DNA of 63,691 bases, filler included, from Intoshia linei (Eukaryota > Animalia > Orthonectida), in assembly GCA_001642005.1 (NCBI GenBank). It is 10 parts of 10 records of this genome, joined end to end, with 100 filler letters (N's around TTAATTAATTAA, not from the genome) between each part and the next. Parts side by side here need not be neighbours in the genome. Positions count along the whole stretch, not along the records: positions 1 to 1,587 come from LWCA01002573.1; positions 1,688 to 9,731 come from LWCA01001492.1; positions 9,832 to 29,737 come from LWCA01000712.1; 7 more parts are not named here. The stretch is one strand, 5' to 3'. Made by a program: the position numbers and the translations under genes. Of this stretch, positions 1 to 13,800 are shown one piece after another. Numbering within the stretch: position 1 is the stretch's first letter; every line of letters begins with the position of its first letter. The notes under the pieces are model-generated. The model ran no database searches and had not been told where the DNA came from. It saw nothing but the letters and a program-made list of their open reading frames with translations.

Positions 1-99
1 GTAAAGGATTGGTAACATTCCTTCATTTAAAAATGTTTTTAAATATGCTGAATCCATTAATTATTGATAAAAAATATTTTTTAACATTTAATCACAAAA

Positions 100-495
100 T
101 ATGATACAAAATACAATTATATTGTATTCGTAACATTACGATAGAATAAAATACCACATGTATTTATGACGATTTTTAGGGTTGTATCTATAATTGTACT
201 ATTTTTACTTTATTTTAAAGATTATACACTCATTGTCTCTAATAAATTAAAAATATGCATCACAAAATTGTTTGTAAATTGTTTGTACCAATGTTAACAA
301 AATAACATTAAGTGTGAGTAATTCAGTTTAAATTTAAAACAATGGATTGGTTATAGTGAATAGTAATATGTTTGGTAATAGAGATGTTTATGTAAGATTT
401 TATTATTGAATTCATTTTTTTTGTAGAATTAAAAAAGTTAGCTCTCGGCAGAACAAAATACTGTCTATACGAAGTACATAACATTTAATCTGGTA
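100..495 (+). mobile_element. Degenerate 3' part of the non-autonomous Helitron-like family
   Basis: Similar to 21700-22134; ends CTGTCTATACGAAGTACATAACATTTAATCTGGT, a decayed version of the hairpin + CTAG terminus. Confidence 0.55.
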
Positions 496-859
496 AAATA
501 TTTTTTAATCACAATTATTATTACAAAAAAAAATGTAATTATAAAAAAATACCAAGTTGACTGATTGCTTAAGTTGCAATAATAAAATAATATTCCCTAT
601 CTGAAGATACTTCTTCCAGAAAGGGTAACTTACATAAATTGATTAAATTATTCAAGGGATCTATGTACAGGTTGTTTAAATTTGATCTATCTGCACATAT
701 ATTCATTATTTTGAAAAAAAAGACAACATCCTTTAATGGCTACATAAATTTTAAAAATTTTAATGTATAAAATTACAATTCCAAATTTGAAAAACAAGCA
801 AATATTATTCAATGCGACAACATGTCTATTCACCATCAACACCTACATTAATGATACAA

Positions 860-1240
860 TATATAAAACAATAATTTAAAAAATTCTGTCTAGTCTGCCA
901 ATACTGGGGCTTGCATAATTTTGATTCAGAATAAAAAAGAATTTAGCCAAATATATCTTAATCTATTTAATCATCGATAATTCCACTTAATAACCACTTT
1001 TTATCAGAAAATTTTTATACCTTGGTTCTTGTTAATAAAAGCAACATTTCCAAAAAATTTCTTGCAATCTATAGACCTGGTAAACGATTGAACTTGACAA
1101 TTGTAGAAGGAATATTGTATTAAAACTATGTGTGGTATCTAATGTATATGACATATACTAAATTCAATAATTGGAAAATATAGAAATTTCAAACAGTGTT
1201 CAAATTTTACTGCACGCATAGTGTCAATATTTTTATGAAA
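860..1240 (-). mobile_element. Possible highly decayed CMC/EnSpm-like transposase remnant
   Basis: Broken minus-strand frames give IDTMRAV and KFNRLP/RSIDCKKF, resembling D-x-MH and FNRLPRS motifs; many stops. Confidence 0.3.
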
Positions 1241-1587
1241 TGATAAATTTATTTACGGAATGTTTGTCGCATAATAGCTTTATCACATTCTGCAGGTTTA
1301 TAAATCTTGATTGTTGATGTAGCTAAAAAATGTAGAGTTTACCGTCATGTATAAAATTAAGAAAACAATTAAAATTGATTATAAAGTATATAGATCCATT
1401 AGAAAGGATGAAATAACGATGATCACGTTTATTCTTGATTTTGATGGTATTTAGTATACGCTATTTACCTTTCTATGATTCTGTTTAAGTGCAGTTTTCG
1501 AACCCGTACAATATTTTGAATTTGCTGGAGTATGTTTTAACGTCAGTCATTGTATTTCGAAAAAAATTTAAAAGTTGGAATGTTCTC

Positions 1588-1687
1588 NNNNNNNNNNNNN
1601 NNNNNNNNNNNNNNNNNNNNNNNNNNNNNNNTTAATTAATTAANNNNNNNNNNNNNNNNNNNNNNNNNNNNNNNNNNNNNNNNNNNN
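1588..1687. other. Artificial contig spacer (44N-TTAATTAATTAA-44N); identical spacers at 9732-9831, 29738-29837, 40860-40959, 43120-43219, 50895-50994, 55672-55771, 58452-58551, 61512-61611
   Basis: Nine identical 100-nt blocks with a six-frame-stop linker centred in Ns; gene fragments do not continue across them. Confidence 0.97.
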
Positions 1688-3196
1688 ATTATAAAAACAT
1701 AAATAGAAATTTTTTTTAATATATTTCAGTATAGTAAAATTAATGCGGTACCAAATTTAAAATATAGTTACATGTCAATGTTAATTGATTTTTTTATTAT
1801 AACATTTTAATTATTAATTACACACATTTACAACACATATAGTGTATACCCAAAAAACAATTTTAGATGGATAGAGTGAAGCGTTGATGAATTTTTTAGT
1901 TGTAAGGGGATATTAATATAGCAAGTTTGGGATCCACTGATATAAAAAGTCACAGTAATAAATATATACGACGTAGTAGAAAAATTTTTTAGGGGGCGTA
2001 AAGAAAATATATTGCTAAAAAGGGGGCGGTAGGCAAAATGAGTTTGAACCCCTGCATTACTGTATCTCAATTTTACAATTTAACTGGGCGACGAAGTTAA
2101 CTTTTTTAGGAAAATTTTTGATCTTATGTTTATTTTTCCATAATTTTATTATTTATGCTAACTAAAAGGCTTTTTACACCCACAAATCCGAACCAATTTT
2201 GATTTTTTTAACTACACGGCAGATATATAAGTATGCTCTAATTATTTTAAAAAAATGGATGAATATAAAACATTTTATAATGTTTATAAAATTTTTAACA
2301 TTTAATTTTTTGTTTGTAAATATTTTATTTTACGTTCTAGACTTATCTGTTTCTTAATTTTTTCGAAAATTTTTCAACTGGTTAGATAGGTGAAAATGTA
2401 TTTTAATAACATAATGTCTGCGTTTCTAATATAAAGTCGCTTAATTAAATCTATTTTTGCATTTTATATAAGTATTTTTAAATATTTTTTTTATTTTATA
2501 TAAAATAGAATTTCATTTCATCAAAAAATCAATCAAATTTTATGAAGTGACAAGAAAAAAATATTTATACCGTTCAGCAACATTGTCTAAACTCCATCCT
2601 TATTCATAACAGTTTTATTTAACGATTTATTTATTTAAGGACATGTTTCATTTTTAAAATAAAGAGTCATTTGTGGTTTTGACCTTGAAAGTATGCGTTT
2701 CTGAGGCTGATATTAACGAGAATGTTAATGATTTTAAAACGTGTCTCAAAATGTATGTTTTATTCAATTTTTAAGCTTATTTTTTTAAACAAAAGATAAA
2801 ATTAGGTTTTTGACCATGAAGAAGTCAAATTTTGAAATTGAAAAATAGATAAAAACACTCTCTGGAAAAACTGTATTAGAAATTGGGTTTCTTAAACTTG
2901 CAACTCGATTTTTAATAAATGGTTACAAACACATACATATATTCATTTCTATATGCAATGTACAAGTAAAGGTTATTTTACAAGGTTTAAATTCAAATTA
3001 CTTATGTAACTTAAATTACTAATCACATAATAAAGAATTATAAATATACAGTGTATATTATACACGTACATTACATTAAATTCATTGTGTTTACACATAT
3101 TTACACACTTATACAATGCACATTTACACATTGTGTGTTTTGACGCATAAATATTAGCGTATCTAAAGTTATTTTATTTAAAATAAATTTAAAAAA

Positions 3197-5607
3197 ATGA
3201 CAACCAAATATGATGGACTGTTTAGTAACGATTTACCATATTATACATCGAATGTCAAAGCCGAAACAAGGATTAGAAAAGTAGATTTAGTCAATAAACC
3301 AATTACTATACCTGATTTGTTGAAAAAAACATTAATAAATTTAAAAGATGAAAAAGATACTGTAAATGCTTTGGCGCATCAAAAGAAGATTGGATCCATA
3401 TGGAAATTTATCAGTTATCAACAATATTACCTCCAAATAAGACAATTTTCGAACGCATTAATTGAAATTGGCATTAAAGAAGCAGATGCAGTGTCAATAA
3501 TAGGTTTCAATTCAATTTATTGGCATATTTCGTATATGGGAGCAATACATGCTGGAGCTATTGCAGTAGGTTTATACCCTACAAATAGCGAAGAAATTAC
3601 CATGCACTGTATTAAATTAAGCAACACGCGCGTAATTGTCATTGATGATTTGAAATACCTTGAAAAATTGCAAAAAATAAAGGAATCTTCGCATGACTTT
3701 TCAATAGTGTTTTGTGGGAATGATTTGGGCAGTATTGAAAATTGTAAAAATGTATATACTTGGAATGAATTTATTAAATTATCCCACAATCAGGATGAAA
3801 TATTGGATGAACGTATTTCAAATTTAAGACCGAATAAATGCGCTAGTTTGGTTTTTACCAGCGGAACGACTGGTTTTCCTAAAGCTGTCATGCTAAGTCA
3901 CGATAATATGATTTGGACAGCCAGTCAATTTTACAATGAAATTGGGGAAGAGTGTGATAGAGAAAAGTTGATCAGTTATCTACCACTATCTCACGTTGCA
4001 GCTCAAATGCTTGATATTATTTTTCCAATAGTTAAAAGTTGTACCGTTTACTTTGCTCAACCTACCAGTCTTAAAGGTACGTTGGTCAATACGTTAAATG
4101 AAGTTAAACCAACACTCTTCTTGGGAGTACCTCGAGTTTTTGAAAAAATTTATGAAAAAATGAAAGAAAGTGGAGCTCATAATTCTACTATTAAGTCATG
4201 GATAGTAAATTACGCTAAATATGTTGCAAATGATTATTATACTACAAAAATGGAAAAATCAGACTATAGTAAGGGAATGGTTTTTGGATTGGTCAATAAA
4301 ATTGTTTACAATAAAGCAAAATATGCTTTGGGGCTTGATAAATGCAAATACATTTTTTATGGCGCTGCACCCATTTCTTTTAACACTATTGATTTCTTTA
4401 TGAGCGTTGGATTACTATTACATGGTGTGTATGGTTTGAGCGAATGCAGTGGACCTCATTCTGTAATGAAAAGTGGTCAGTTTCACAATAGAACTGTTGG
4501 CGTGTAATTTTTTATTTATATATGTTTTTAAGTCTGAATCCAAATGACATGCTGAGATTATTAATTCATAACAGATTAACTACAAATTATTTTCAGTAGA
4601 TATGTAATCAAAACAAAACGTATTTTATTAGTACACATTGAATTTATTTAAAATTATTGAATTAATGTGAAAATTTAATTTTCAGAAATCCTTTAAGGTT
4701 AAAAATCCCAAGTATTATTTTTTTTTTTAAACTCAAAAGACTTCTAAAATTATAACAAATAGACAATATGATAATGATTTTAAAATCATCAACATTATGA
4801 TAAATTTCAATAGGCAATCTAATTTTTGGCTTGAATACAAACCAGTTGAAAAATTTTATTTTAATGTTTGGCATGTATACATGACAGTCTGGTAAGGGTT
4901 AATACTTTGCCAATGTCTAAGATAACATAAAAAATATTAAAAACTTTTTAAGTGAATTATTGATTTGACGGGTCGATGCTTTAAAAAATTGAGTAACAGT
5001 AACAACTCGTTAATGAATTATGGAGGGGCGATTCTAAAAAAAGGTTGAGAACCCCTGTAGATTCGACAATATGCCATAATGAAAATTTTAACTATATTTA
5101 GACCCATGAAGTGGACAGAAACGAGAATCGGAAAAGAAGATGAATTGGAAATTAGTGGCCGCCACATATTTATTGGATATAAAGATAACGATGAAGTTAA
5201 CGATTCTGTTTTTTCCGAAAATTTTTTTAAAACCGGTGATCAAGCAAAATATGTAAAATACCCAAACTCAAAAGATCATATTCAAATTATTGGTAGACTG
5301 AAAGGTTTCATTTTTCACCCTATTTGTATTTTCAATAATACAATGTATAATATACATGTATTTATTTTAGAAATGGTAATAACCTCTGGTGGTGAGAATG
5401 TTCCAGTTGTTGAAATTGAAAATAGATTAAAAAAATACATTCCGATTGTCAGTAATGCGATTATTATTGGTGACAATAGAAAATTTATTAGTGCACTACT
5501 CACCATTAAAACTAATGTAAACTTGGAAACAATGGAGCCTTTACCTGAACTGACAGATTCGGCTATAGCATGGTGTCAGAGCATTGGATCGGATTCTAAA
5601 ACTATAG
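3197..5607 (+). CDS. ACSBG: Long-chain fatty acyl-CoA ligase, bubblegum (ACSBG) family; exons 3197-4503, 5102-5304, 5371-5607; 3' exons not found in this contig
   Basis: AMP-binding motif VFTSGTTGFPKAVMLSHDN, SYLPLSHVAAQ, GVPRVFEK, YGLSECSGPH, FKTGD; splicing GT-AG introns restores TVGVP and GRLKEMVITSGGENV. Confidence 0.92.
4895..5057 (-). mobile_element. Partial hAT-type MITE in ACSBG intron 1
   Basis: Terminus GGTTGAGAACCCCTG; reverse complement aligns with 5695-5895. Confidence 0.7.
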
Positions 5608-5694
5608 GTTTATAGCTTTTCTGAGATTTTTTTGAATTAAAAATACAATCTAAGATTTAATATGAAAAATACTTATTTATATTATATATGCAGA

Positions 5695-6137
5695 CAGGGG
5701 TTCTCAATTTTTTTTTAGAATTGCTCCCTAAGCCCATAATTCACACATATTTTTTTAAAATTATCTGTCTATAATTCATAAAAAACTTGTTACAGTTACT
5801 CAATTTTCATAAGAATGGACCCATTGAACCAATAATTCTCTTTAAAAAAATTGTAATAATTTTGGTATATTATTTTAGACATTGGTGGAGTATTAAAATA
5901 ATTTATAATTATAATTTTATAAGTAACAATATAAAAAATGTTATATAATCTTAAGTATCAATTAATTCATAAATTGACTATCTGAAAATTGTAATAATGT
6001 TAAGATTTTCACAAATTTATAATTTATGAACTCTTTTTAGAAATTATTTGTTAAAATTTTTTTGCTTATGTATTTTGTGAAATAAAATAAAAAAATCGAC
6101 CCCATGGGGACGATTTGCCCACCGTTGAAAACCTTTG
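5695..6137 (+). mobile_element. hAT (Charlie-type) MITE
   Basis: TIRs CAGGGGTTCTCAA ... TTGAAAACCTTTG with TCTAGA-like flanks (ATGCAGA / CTGTAGAA). Confidence 0.7.
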
Positions 6138-7212
6138 CTGTAGAATGACTTAACATTTATTTGCTCAGTGTATATTATAATTATATTATTCATATATTCC
6201 GTTTTCAATCATACAACACGAAATGTATATAATACTACACATATCTACTTTATTTAACATTTCTATTGACCTTCAAATACATGTATGCCCATTTTAGGCA
6301 CTTTGACGATTTTTAGATGTATTTTTAAAAAAATCTGGACGTGATGAAGAAAAATTGATTACACCATCTTGTTCAGAATAACAATTTTTTTCAGATGCAC
6401 TAAATTTTAATCTTGCATTCAGAAAAGTTGTTTGACTGTGTAATCAATTGCGAAATACATAATTGTCGAGTTATAGAGTTGGTGAGTGGTAGAAAAATAT
6501 TCTATATTTTATATATTCGAACTAATCATCGTTAGTAAATTTGGAAATAGAAACTAGGCTATATCATTAAAATAGCTATTATTTCTAACTTCTACCTGTA
6601 TGAAAACCTATCATTAAAGCTATATTTGTATACTCATTTTTCTACATTAATATTGATTTCTAAATGTTTTAACGGTAATAACCTGCTACCCTTTACAAAA
6701 TCAATACTAAAATTTAAAAAAAAGTCAAAATATCCAAATATTTACGCAAATTATATGCATTTCAAATAATTGGAGTATATATAAATGTATTGGTTTTCTT
6801 GGTATTTATTAATTGTATATTTTGATAGAGAACTGTAAAATGGGGATATCGCCCACTTTAGGAACTACTCCGGTAGTGTATACAATGGTCACTCTATAAA
6901 AGGTGATTATTAGAAAACCCCATAAAAGTGATGAATTTGGAGCGATTACAGCCTTATATTTTAAATATTTATTAGCATAAAATTTTTACAATAAATAAAG
7001 AACCAATTAATAATCTTTAAATGTTTTCAACGTGATGTAAAAATTTAATCTTGATAAAGGATGAAATTAAGATTAATCGAACAACTTCAGCAATACATAA
7101 TTTGATAATATCATTAGGTGTGTGCAATATTTCAACTATGGCTTTTTTCGTTGATATCAATATATTTATACAAAATATATGAGGTGCATATTTCAGTACA
7201 CCGAATATATTA

Positions 7213-8645
7213 TCCTAACTGATATAATTATATATATTATAATATGCGACGCGATTTTTGTTTGTGTGTCTCTGTGTCCTACTTTATCGAAATAACTAGC
7301 ACTCTTAGAATTTTTTAAAGACCACATTTCAATTACAGTTTTTTCTGGGACGTATAATAAGATTAATTTCAACCTCCCAATTTCACATCTTAAGGGTCAA
7401 AAACCCCTGTTGTCCCTCTTTTTGAAAATTAAACAGGTTGGAGAATTTAAAAAAATATATACGCTGATGCGGAAATTAAATTCATAAATATTATCATAAA
7501 TTTAAATTGAAAAAAAATTATCTCTTCAGGGCCAAAACCACAAATTACCCTTCTTTTTTAATGAAAACAGCCCTAAAATTTCAAAAAATTTACAAGTGGT
7601 ACAGTTGTATCCTGTTAACACACTTAAAAAATTTCAACCCCAGAAATGTACGCATTCCCGGTGAAAAATAATTTTTAATATATTATTAACCAATATTTTT
7701 TTAAATATTTCGATTAAAACCAAAAATTGAAAATGTAAATATCGATCCTACAATTTTAAAAAAAATGTTTATTGTACGTCTACACATTTCCAATGAAGAC
7801 ATATGGGTGAAAATCTATATAATTCATTCCTTCGGAATTTTTTTTATTGCTACGCAATTTTTAAATTTCAAATTTTTATTTTGAAAACATTTTTTATAAT
7901 CTTCAAATTTTAACACTACAGCAACGAATTTATAAAATTAAATTTATATTAAATGAAACGTGTCATTTTTTTATTGATAATTGTTACAAATTTAACATAA
8001 AATGGTAAAAAGAAAAATTACATTCAGTAGCTAAAAGTCCAAAATAATGAAGATGAGACGTCTTAATGAGTCTCAAAAAGAACATGATATCCGAAATAGG
8101 TAAGACAACAATCCAATTTTTTTTATTAAACAAGAAAAAAGGCCAAAAGTATGGACACATTTGTAACATCAATCATTTTTATATTACAATCATTTGCAAT
8201 AATGGTAAAATTCGAGCGAAATATTTATAGTGAAGATTAAATTAATTATTGATACACAATTGGTATTTATTTAAGTATTTATTAAATTGGTACTGAATAT
8301 ACATTTGTATGTCATCATATTGAAAATGACAAAATAGGTTTTTATAATTTTATTTTTTCTGGAATTTATGCTATTTTGACAAATTTTTAGGATTGGAATG
8401 TTTTTACTTTATTTTTAATATTATATACACATTCTGTCTAATAAATTAAAAAAATGGGATAATAATTGTTTTTAAAATTTTTTACGCAAATGTTAACAAA
8501 ACAAAATTAAGATGGAATAATTCACTTTAAAGTAAAAAAGTAATGTGATATAGGTTTTACCTGAAACAAATTTGGAATACACTCCTTTAAAGGACTGATA
8601 ATGGTTAATAATAAAATTTTTAAGTTAAATTTTCAACGTGACTCG
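7213..8645 (+). mobile_element. Non-autonomous Helitron-like element, long copy lacking its 3' terminus
   Basis: 5' TC start followed by AT-rich and TTTGTGTGTCTCTGTG tract (as at 34527); body matches 32470-33270, 34527-34980, 56460-57438 and 21600-22134. Confidence 0.65.
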
Positions 8646-8789
8646 TATACTATACGACACTAATTAATATTATTAAATGAAATTTCTCCTCGGCACTCTA
8701 GAAAATCTCGCGGCACATCGTTTGAGAAACACTGGTCTAGACTCTAGATAAATATGCACATTTGGTATGTGGGCCAAAACTTGGTCCAT

Positions 8790-9290
8790 TAATTGTTGGC
8801 AGGTTGAAGGGATTTTTTTTAGACTTTGTGGCATTACTCGGTATTGATAGAGTTTTGCCCCAAATCCTGTTGTAAAAGCTGTTTTAACCGATCATTTCTG
8901 TTTAAAGGTTTTTGCCAGTATTCTGATTGGAGGTCCAATGTGGAGAAACATTTTTGTTTACTCAATGAATTTAAAACATTTTCAACGTTTGCGTGTGGAT
9001 AGCTATCACTGTGGATTATTATGTTAATATCTTTAACATCTACCAATAGGCGATATGACCCATTTTTCTTCTTTTTGAGAAAATGAGGTATGTGGCAAGT
9101 GCTTTTAGATGGTTCTATCTGTTTTTCGTTTATCATATTTTGTATTATCTCATGTTCCGATCGTTGCATATACTTGGGAGTTGCATGATTTTTTGCCACT
9201 GGATGGTTTGCACCTTCTATGAAGGGTATCTCGTGATTAATTAAAGTTGTTAATCCGGGTTTGGTATCAAATACGTCAGAATAATGAATA
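8790..9290 (-). mobile_element. Ty3/gypsy reverse transcriptase fragment (degenerate)
   Basis: KPGLTTLINHEI...IEPSKS...KKKNGSYRLLVD...DSYPHANVENVLNSL...FSTLDLQSEYWQ, then frameshifted VMPQSLK. Confidence 0.88.
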
Positions 9291-9831
9291 ATTGTTTTGT
9301 ATTTATCATTTATATTGTTAGGTATTAATATGCTATTTACTTTACGTATTATTCTAATTTAATAATTTAATCTTTATAAATTCTAATTTCAAAGAGTCTG
9401 TTAATCCTAATAAATTTTCTGTGTTTTGGGTTATCATAAATTCGGAGGATAATTGTTTATTTATTATTAATTTCACCACCAACAAGATTTTGTTTGTATT
9501 TATAATCTGGGGAGTAACGCTGAATTGATTCAATGTCTATAATATTAAACATTTAACTTGTGAGCCAATATCAATTTGAAACCTTTTGTTGACAGTATAA
9601 ATTTTCACACAAGTTATCATTTTCGACCAAACGCACTTTTTTGTTGTAGTAATTGTTGTTTTGGAAGAGTTTTTGTGTATTATTGTTTAAATCTTTATAG
9701 GTTTTCATGATACTTATCAATTGTACTGGTTNNNNNNNNNNNNNNNNNNNNNNNNNNNNNNNNNNNNNNNNNNNNTTAATTAATTAANNNNNNNNNNNNN
9801 NNNNNNNNNNNNNNNNNNNNNNNNNNNNNNN

Positions 9832-10163
9832 ATTGAAAGATGTAATAAAAACTTTATTTGACATGTAAAACATGTCACTATGTTTATTAATGGACCTTAA
9901 TTATGAGGTATTTGATCACCCACCATATTCTCCAGACATTGCTCCTTCTGACTATCACCTTTTTGGTCGATGAGTAACCATTAACATGGAAAAAATACCA
10001 TTCAATTGAGCATTTAAAATCTGACATTGATACATTTTTGACAAATAAAAGTCAGAGTTTTTTTCAAAATGAAATTAAGAAGTTACCGGAACGTTCGAGA
10101 AAAACTTTAAATAAGAAGAACTTTAAGTTATAAAAACGACATTACTTTGTGAATGACCCAATA
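9832..10163 (+). mobile_element. Mariner transposase 3' fragment with right TIR
   Basis: YEVFDHPPYSPDIAPSDYHLF (mariner YSPDLAP-D motif) at about 9902-9963; ends AAAAACGACATTACTTTGTGAATGACCCAATA, a mariner-like TIR. Confidence 0.88.
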
Positions 10164-10836
10164 GTACTTAATATAATTATCTCGTTGAAGAATGTACTTA
10201 TAACTTCATTTTTATGAGTCATACACCCAATTACGTTAATAAAATTAAGGAACTTTTGATAATTATTAAAATTTGATATATAGTGTTTTGCGATCCCGAT
10301 TGACTGTTATTCAATCTCTATTGACATATGTCAAAATATTTTATTACTTATGTAATAATACTTATTCAATCTCTATTAATTCTTTTTGTAGTAAATACTT
10401 GTTATAAGTTTTAATCAAAATAAATACAAATTAAAACGTAAATGGAGAGAGATAATATAACAATCAAGTTAAGTTATCAAAATATAGTATCATATGATAC
10501 TACACTTTTAACAATTAATTTTTAAATACATTTTAATACATTTAAAAATAAACTTAAAGTTTAAACTATTTAATGTACATTGGTTTTCAAAGTATCATTA
10601 AAATAATATATTAGATTAACTTGACTGAGTTTATTGTCATTATCCTCTGTAACACCATTCGAATTAATTCCAGTAACATGGATCATCAACACAAGAATGA
10701 TATCACCAATCCTTAAAAAAATTTACAAATCACAGTAAAACTAACAAACAATAAAATGCATTGTAGTAAATATTTCCATATCAACATACGAAATAAATAA
10801 AACTTAAATTAAATTTGAAATAATATTTAAATATTA

Positions 10837-13800
10837 ATGGAGCGCCAATACGTAATAAAAAACTATAAATAAATCAAAAATACAACTAAAAAATAAATAC
10901 ATCAATAATTTAAATATTAGCCACAACGAAAACGTAAAAAGAATCCAAAGTTTTTCAATCCAGATAATTCTATTGATTTTGAGAAACAAGAGAAATTCGA
11001 ATTATCAAAACGTGACAGAATGAATCAAGTAAATTTTATATAATTTACCCCCAAAACTTACAAAAACATAATATTTCAATTTTATCGAATTTCAATAATT
11101 TTTACTCACTACAGTCAATTCTCCAGAGATGAACGTCTTCAGATATGAACATTTTAATGCATTAATAATTAACGGAATCTTCACTTTATAAACATATTTT
11201 AGGTGAATTTTACCAATATTGCAAAATATTGTAATAAATATAAAATGATAATAACAAAGTTGTATTACTTTTAGTAGTCGTTGTTGTAGTTATTATTTAA
11301 ATTTCTTAGAAAATGTTTTGAAATTTAAAAATTGCCTAGCAATGAAAAAAATTCCGAAGGAATGAATTATATAGATTTTCACCCATATTTCTTTATGGAA
11401 ATGTAGAAAATTGGAATTGTATGATCAATATTTACATTTTCAATTTTTATTTTAATCGAAATATTTGAAAAATATTGGTTGATATATATTAAAAATTATT
11501 TTTTATCGGTAATGCGTAGATTTCTCGGGTTGAACTTTTGCATTTATATTAACTGGAATAAGCTCTATCGGAATAATTTTTTTTTTTTAATTTTTGGACG
11601 TTAATTATTTCACATTTTTTGTTAATATTTTAATCTCTTACATAAATATTTTAATTGCGATGAAACAGGTCTTAATTTTAAACAAACCCTAAACAAAACT
11701 CTTAATTATAAAGGATGTAAACAAATAAATCGTTTAAAAAATTTAATAATATAGTAAAAATAATATTTCGTTGGTCATATATATGAAAAAATTTACACCT
11801 TTGATCAGATAATAATCAAAAAACCTTATTGTTTTTAAAACAATAATCACGTATAATAAAAAGTATTGATATTATTTTTATTTACAAAATTTGTTAATTT
11901 CTTGTATATTGAACATTTTTTTTAATTTGATATTTTTATGTTCATCTTTGATGAATTTACTGTAATTAAGTACACCTATTTTAAACTATATTTATAAATT
12001 AATAATATTTATTATTAAATTTAAGACAGAATTAATCAAGTAAATTTTTAATAATGTACTCTCGAATCCTGCTAAAATAAAAATATTTCAACTTTATTGA
12101 ATTTAAATAATTTTTCTACCTTAAATGACTAAAATGAGTACTATTGAACCATATTTATATATTACAATATTAATTATGTATTTGACAGATAATTACAAAC
12201 ATTGGTTTAAAAAACACTGAAAATCACCTTGAATACAATGAAAAACGATTAAGAAACTTTCTGGGTCACTTTAAAGCCATGCGGTGGGCCTATTTTGAGT
12301 TTTTTGTGTCTACAATCGACAGGTTTTTATTATATTTATTAATATACATCGGTTGTTTAATTGTTTAATTATTAATGATTATAGCGGATGGGTAAATGAA
12401 GAAAGTGATTTTTCGCGGTGTATAAAAAAACTTTTTCCAGAATATTGTGACCAAAAATTGAATCGTAAAACTTGGAATACCATCAAGCGTAAAATTGGAA
12501 AACCTAGAAGGTAAAGTGTGTTTTAGAGTTTTACATTTTTATAGATTTTCACCTGCATTTATTCTTATGGAACGAACAAAATTGATGTATGTCAGAAATA
12601 CAATTCGAGAAATTGTTACTTTTCGAAATTTTAAAAAAGATTATAAAATTTCTAAACTAACTTGTGCTATTCCATTACCTATTGCCGTCGGAACGTCTGT
12701 AACAGGTGCATTCTTTAAATTTAAAATTAAAATTATTTAGCTAGATTAACAGAACCGACAGATGGTCTTTATAAGGGTATTATTGCAGCTATTGAAAGAG
12801 ATAGTAATATGGTTCGAGTAGTTTTTGATAAATCTGACATTTTCCCACAGTCTGTTCCAGATTACAATATTTTGGTATTTTTAAAAATATATATCCTGTA
12901 AATAAATGTAAATTATTAGAATAATAATTACAATCAAGTCATATCCAGTAAAGACATTAAATTTAAAAATTATGATGGAAAAATACTTAAAACTTTACCA
13001 CAAAAGAATAATTTGGATTATGCAAAATTGAATGAAAAAATATTGGCTTGTTTGGTAATTTTTTAACGTTTAAATTAAATTTACATTTAAAATTTAAAAT
13101 TTTTTGTTGTGTAGATTAGAATGGAATACGTTTTAATTATCAAAGGTAAACGAATTATTCAACTCAAAGATTTAAATAATGATTTTGAAAAAATGGTTTT
13201 TTGTTTTTTATTATTTTTTAATTATTTGTAGAATACTCCAGAACTTTTTAGCAATATTTACAAGTACATTAGTTTGGGTAAAAAAATTGATAGATACAAT
13301 AAATGTTTAAGTCGTTGTCTACATGATTTGGATAATATGGTTTTAAAGGTGATTTTTTATTATTATTGTTTAAATTTTTTCATCAAAGAAAATAAATTAT
13401 TAGTTTTAATATTAATTTAATTTTCTGGCATTTTTATGTAAAATGTACGTAAAATGTATTATTCTTGAAATATTTTTAGGTTGACAAAAATTTTATCATT
13501 CGAATATAATCGAATTTAGTTGCCAATGAATTATATAAATGACTGCAATGTTCCGTATTTGATTGAAAATTGTCAAAAAAAGAGTCAACAAATGATGAAG
13601 CAAATACATGTGGTAATTAGGCCGTCGTTTTCAATTTTAGGATGTAGATGGTGCAAAAATTTAAGATTTAGAAAAGTGGTTTAATCTCATCAAAAGTCTA
13701 GAACAGCCATTCACAACGGGGTACATGTGGACCCCAGGGGTCCATAGCAGTTTTTTGGGATCCATGAAAAATTATTTAGATAATTAAAAAAGTGAAAATG

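Noticed and set aside
1632-1643. TTAATTAATTAA as a biological repeat or CRISPR-like unit
   Set aside because: Always centred in N padding; it is a synthetic six-frame-stop linker.
1828-2070. Short ORFs from the track (e.g. 1828, 4662, 7984, 18458, 21905, 24941, 32796, 36380, 42641, 43692, 46231) and antisense ORFs within genes
   Set aside because: They are low-complexity F/I/K/N-rich frames inside MITE or Helitron sequence, or shadows of real exons.
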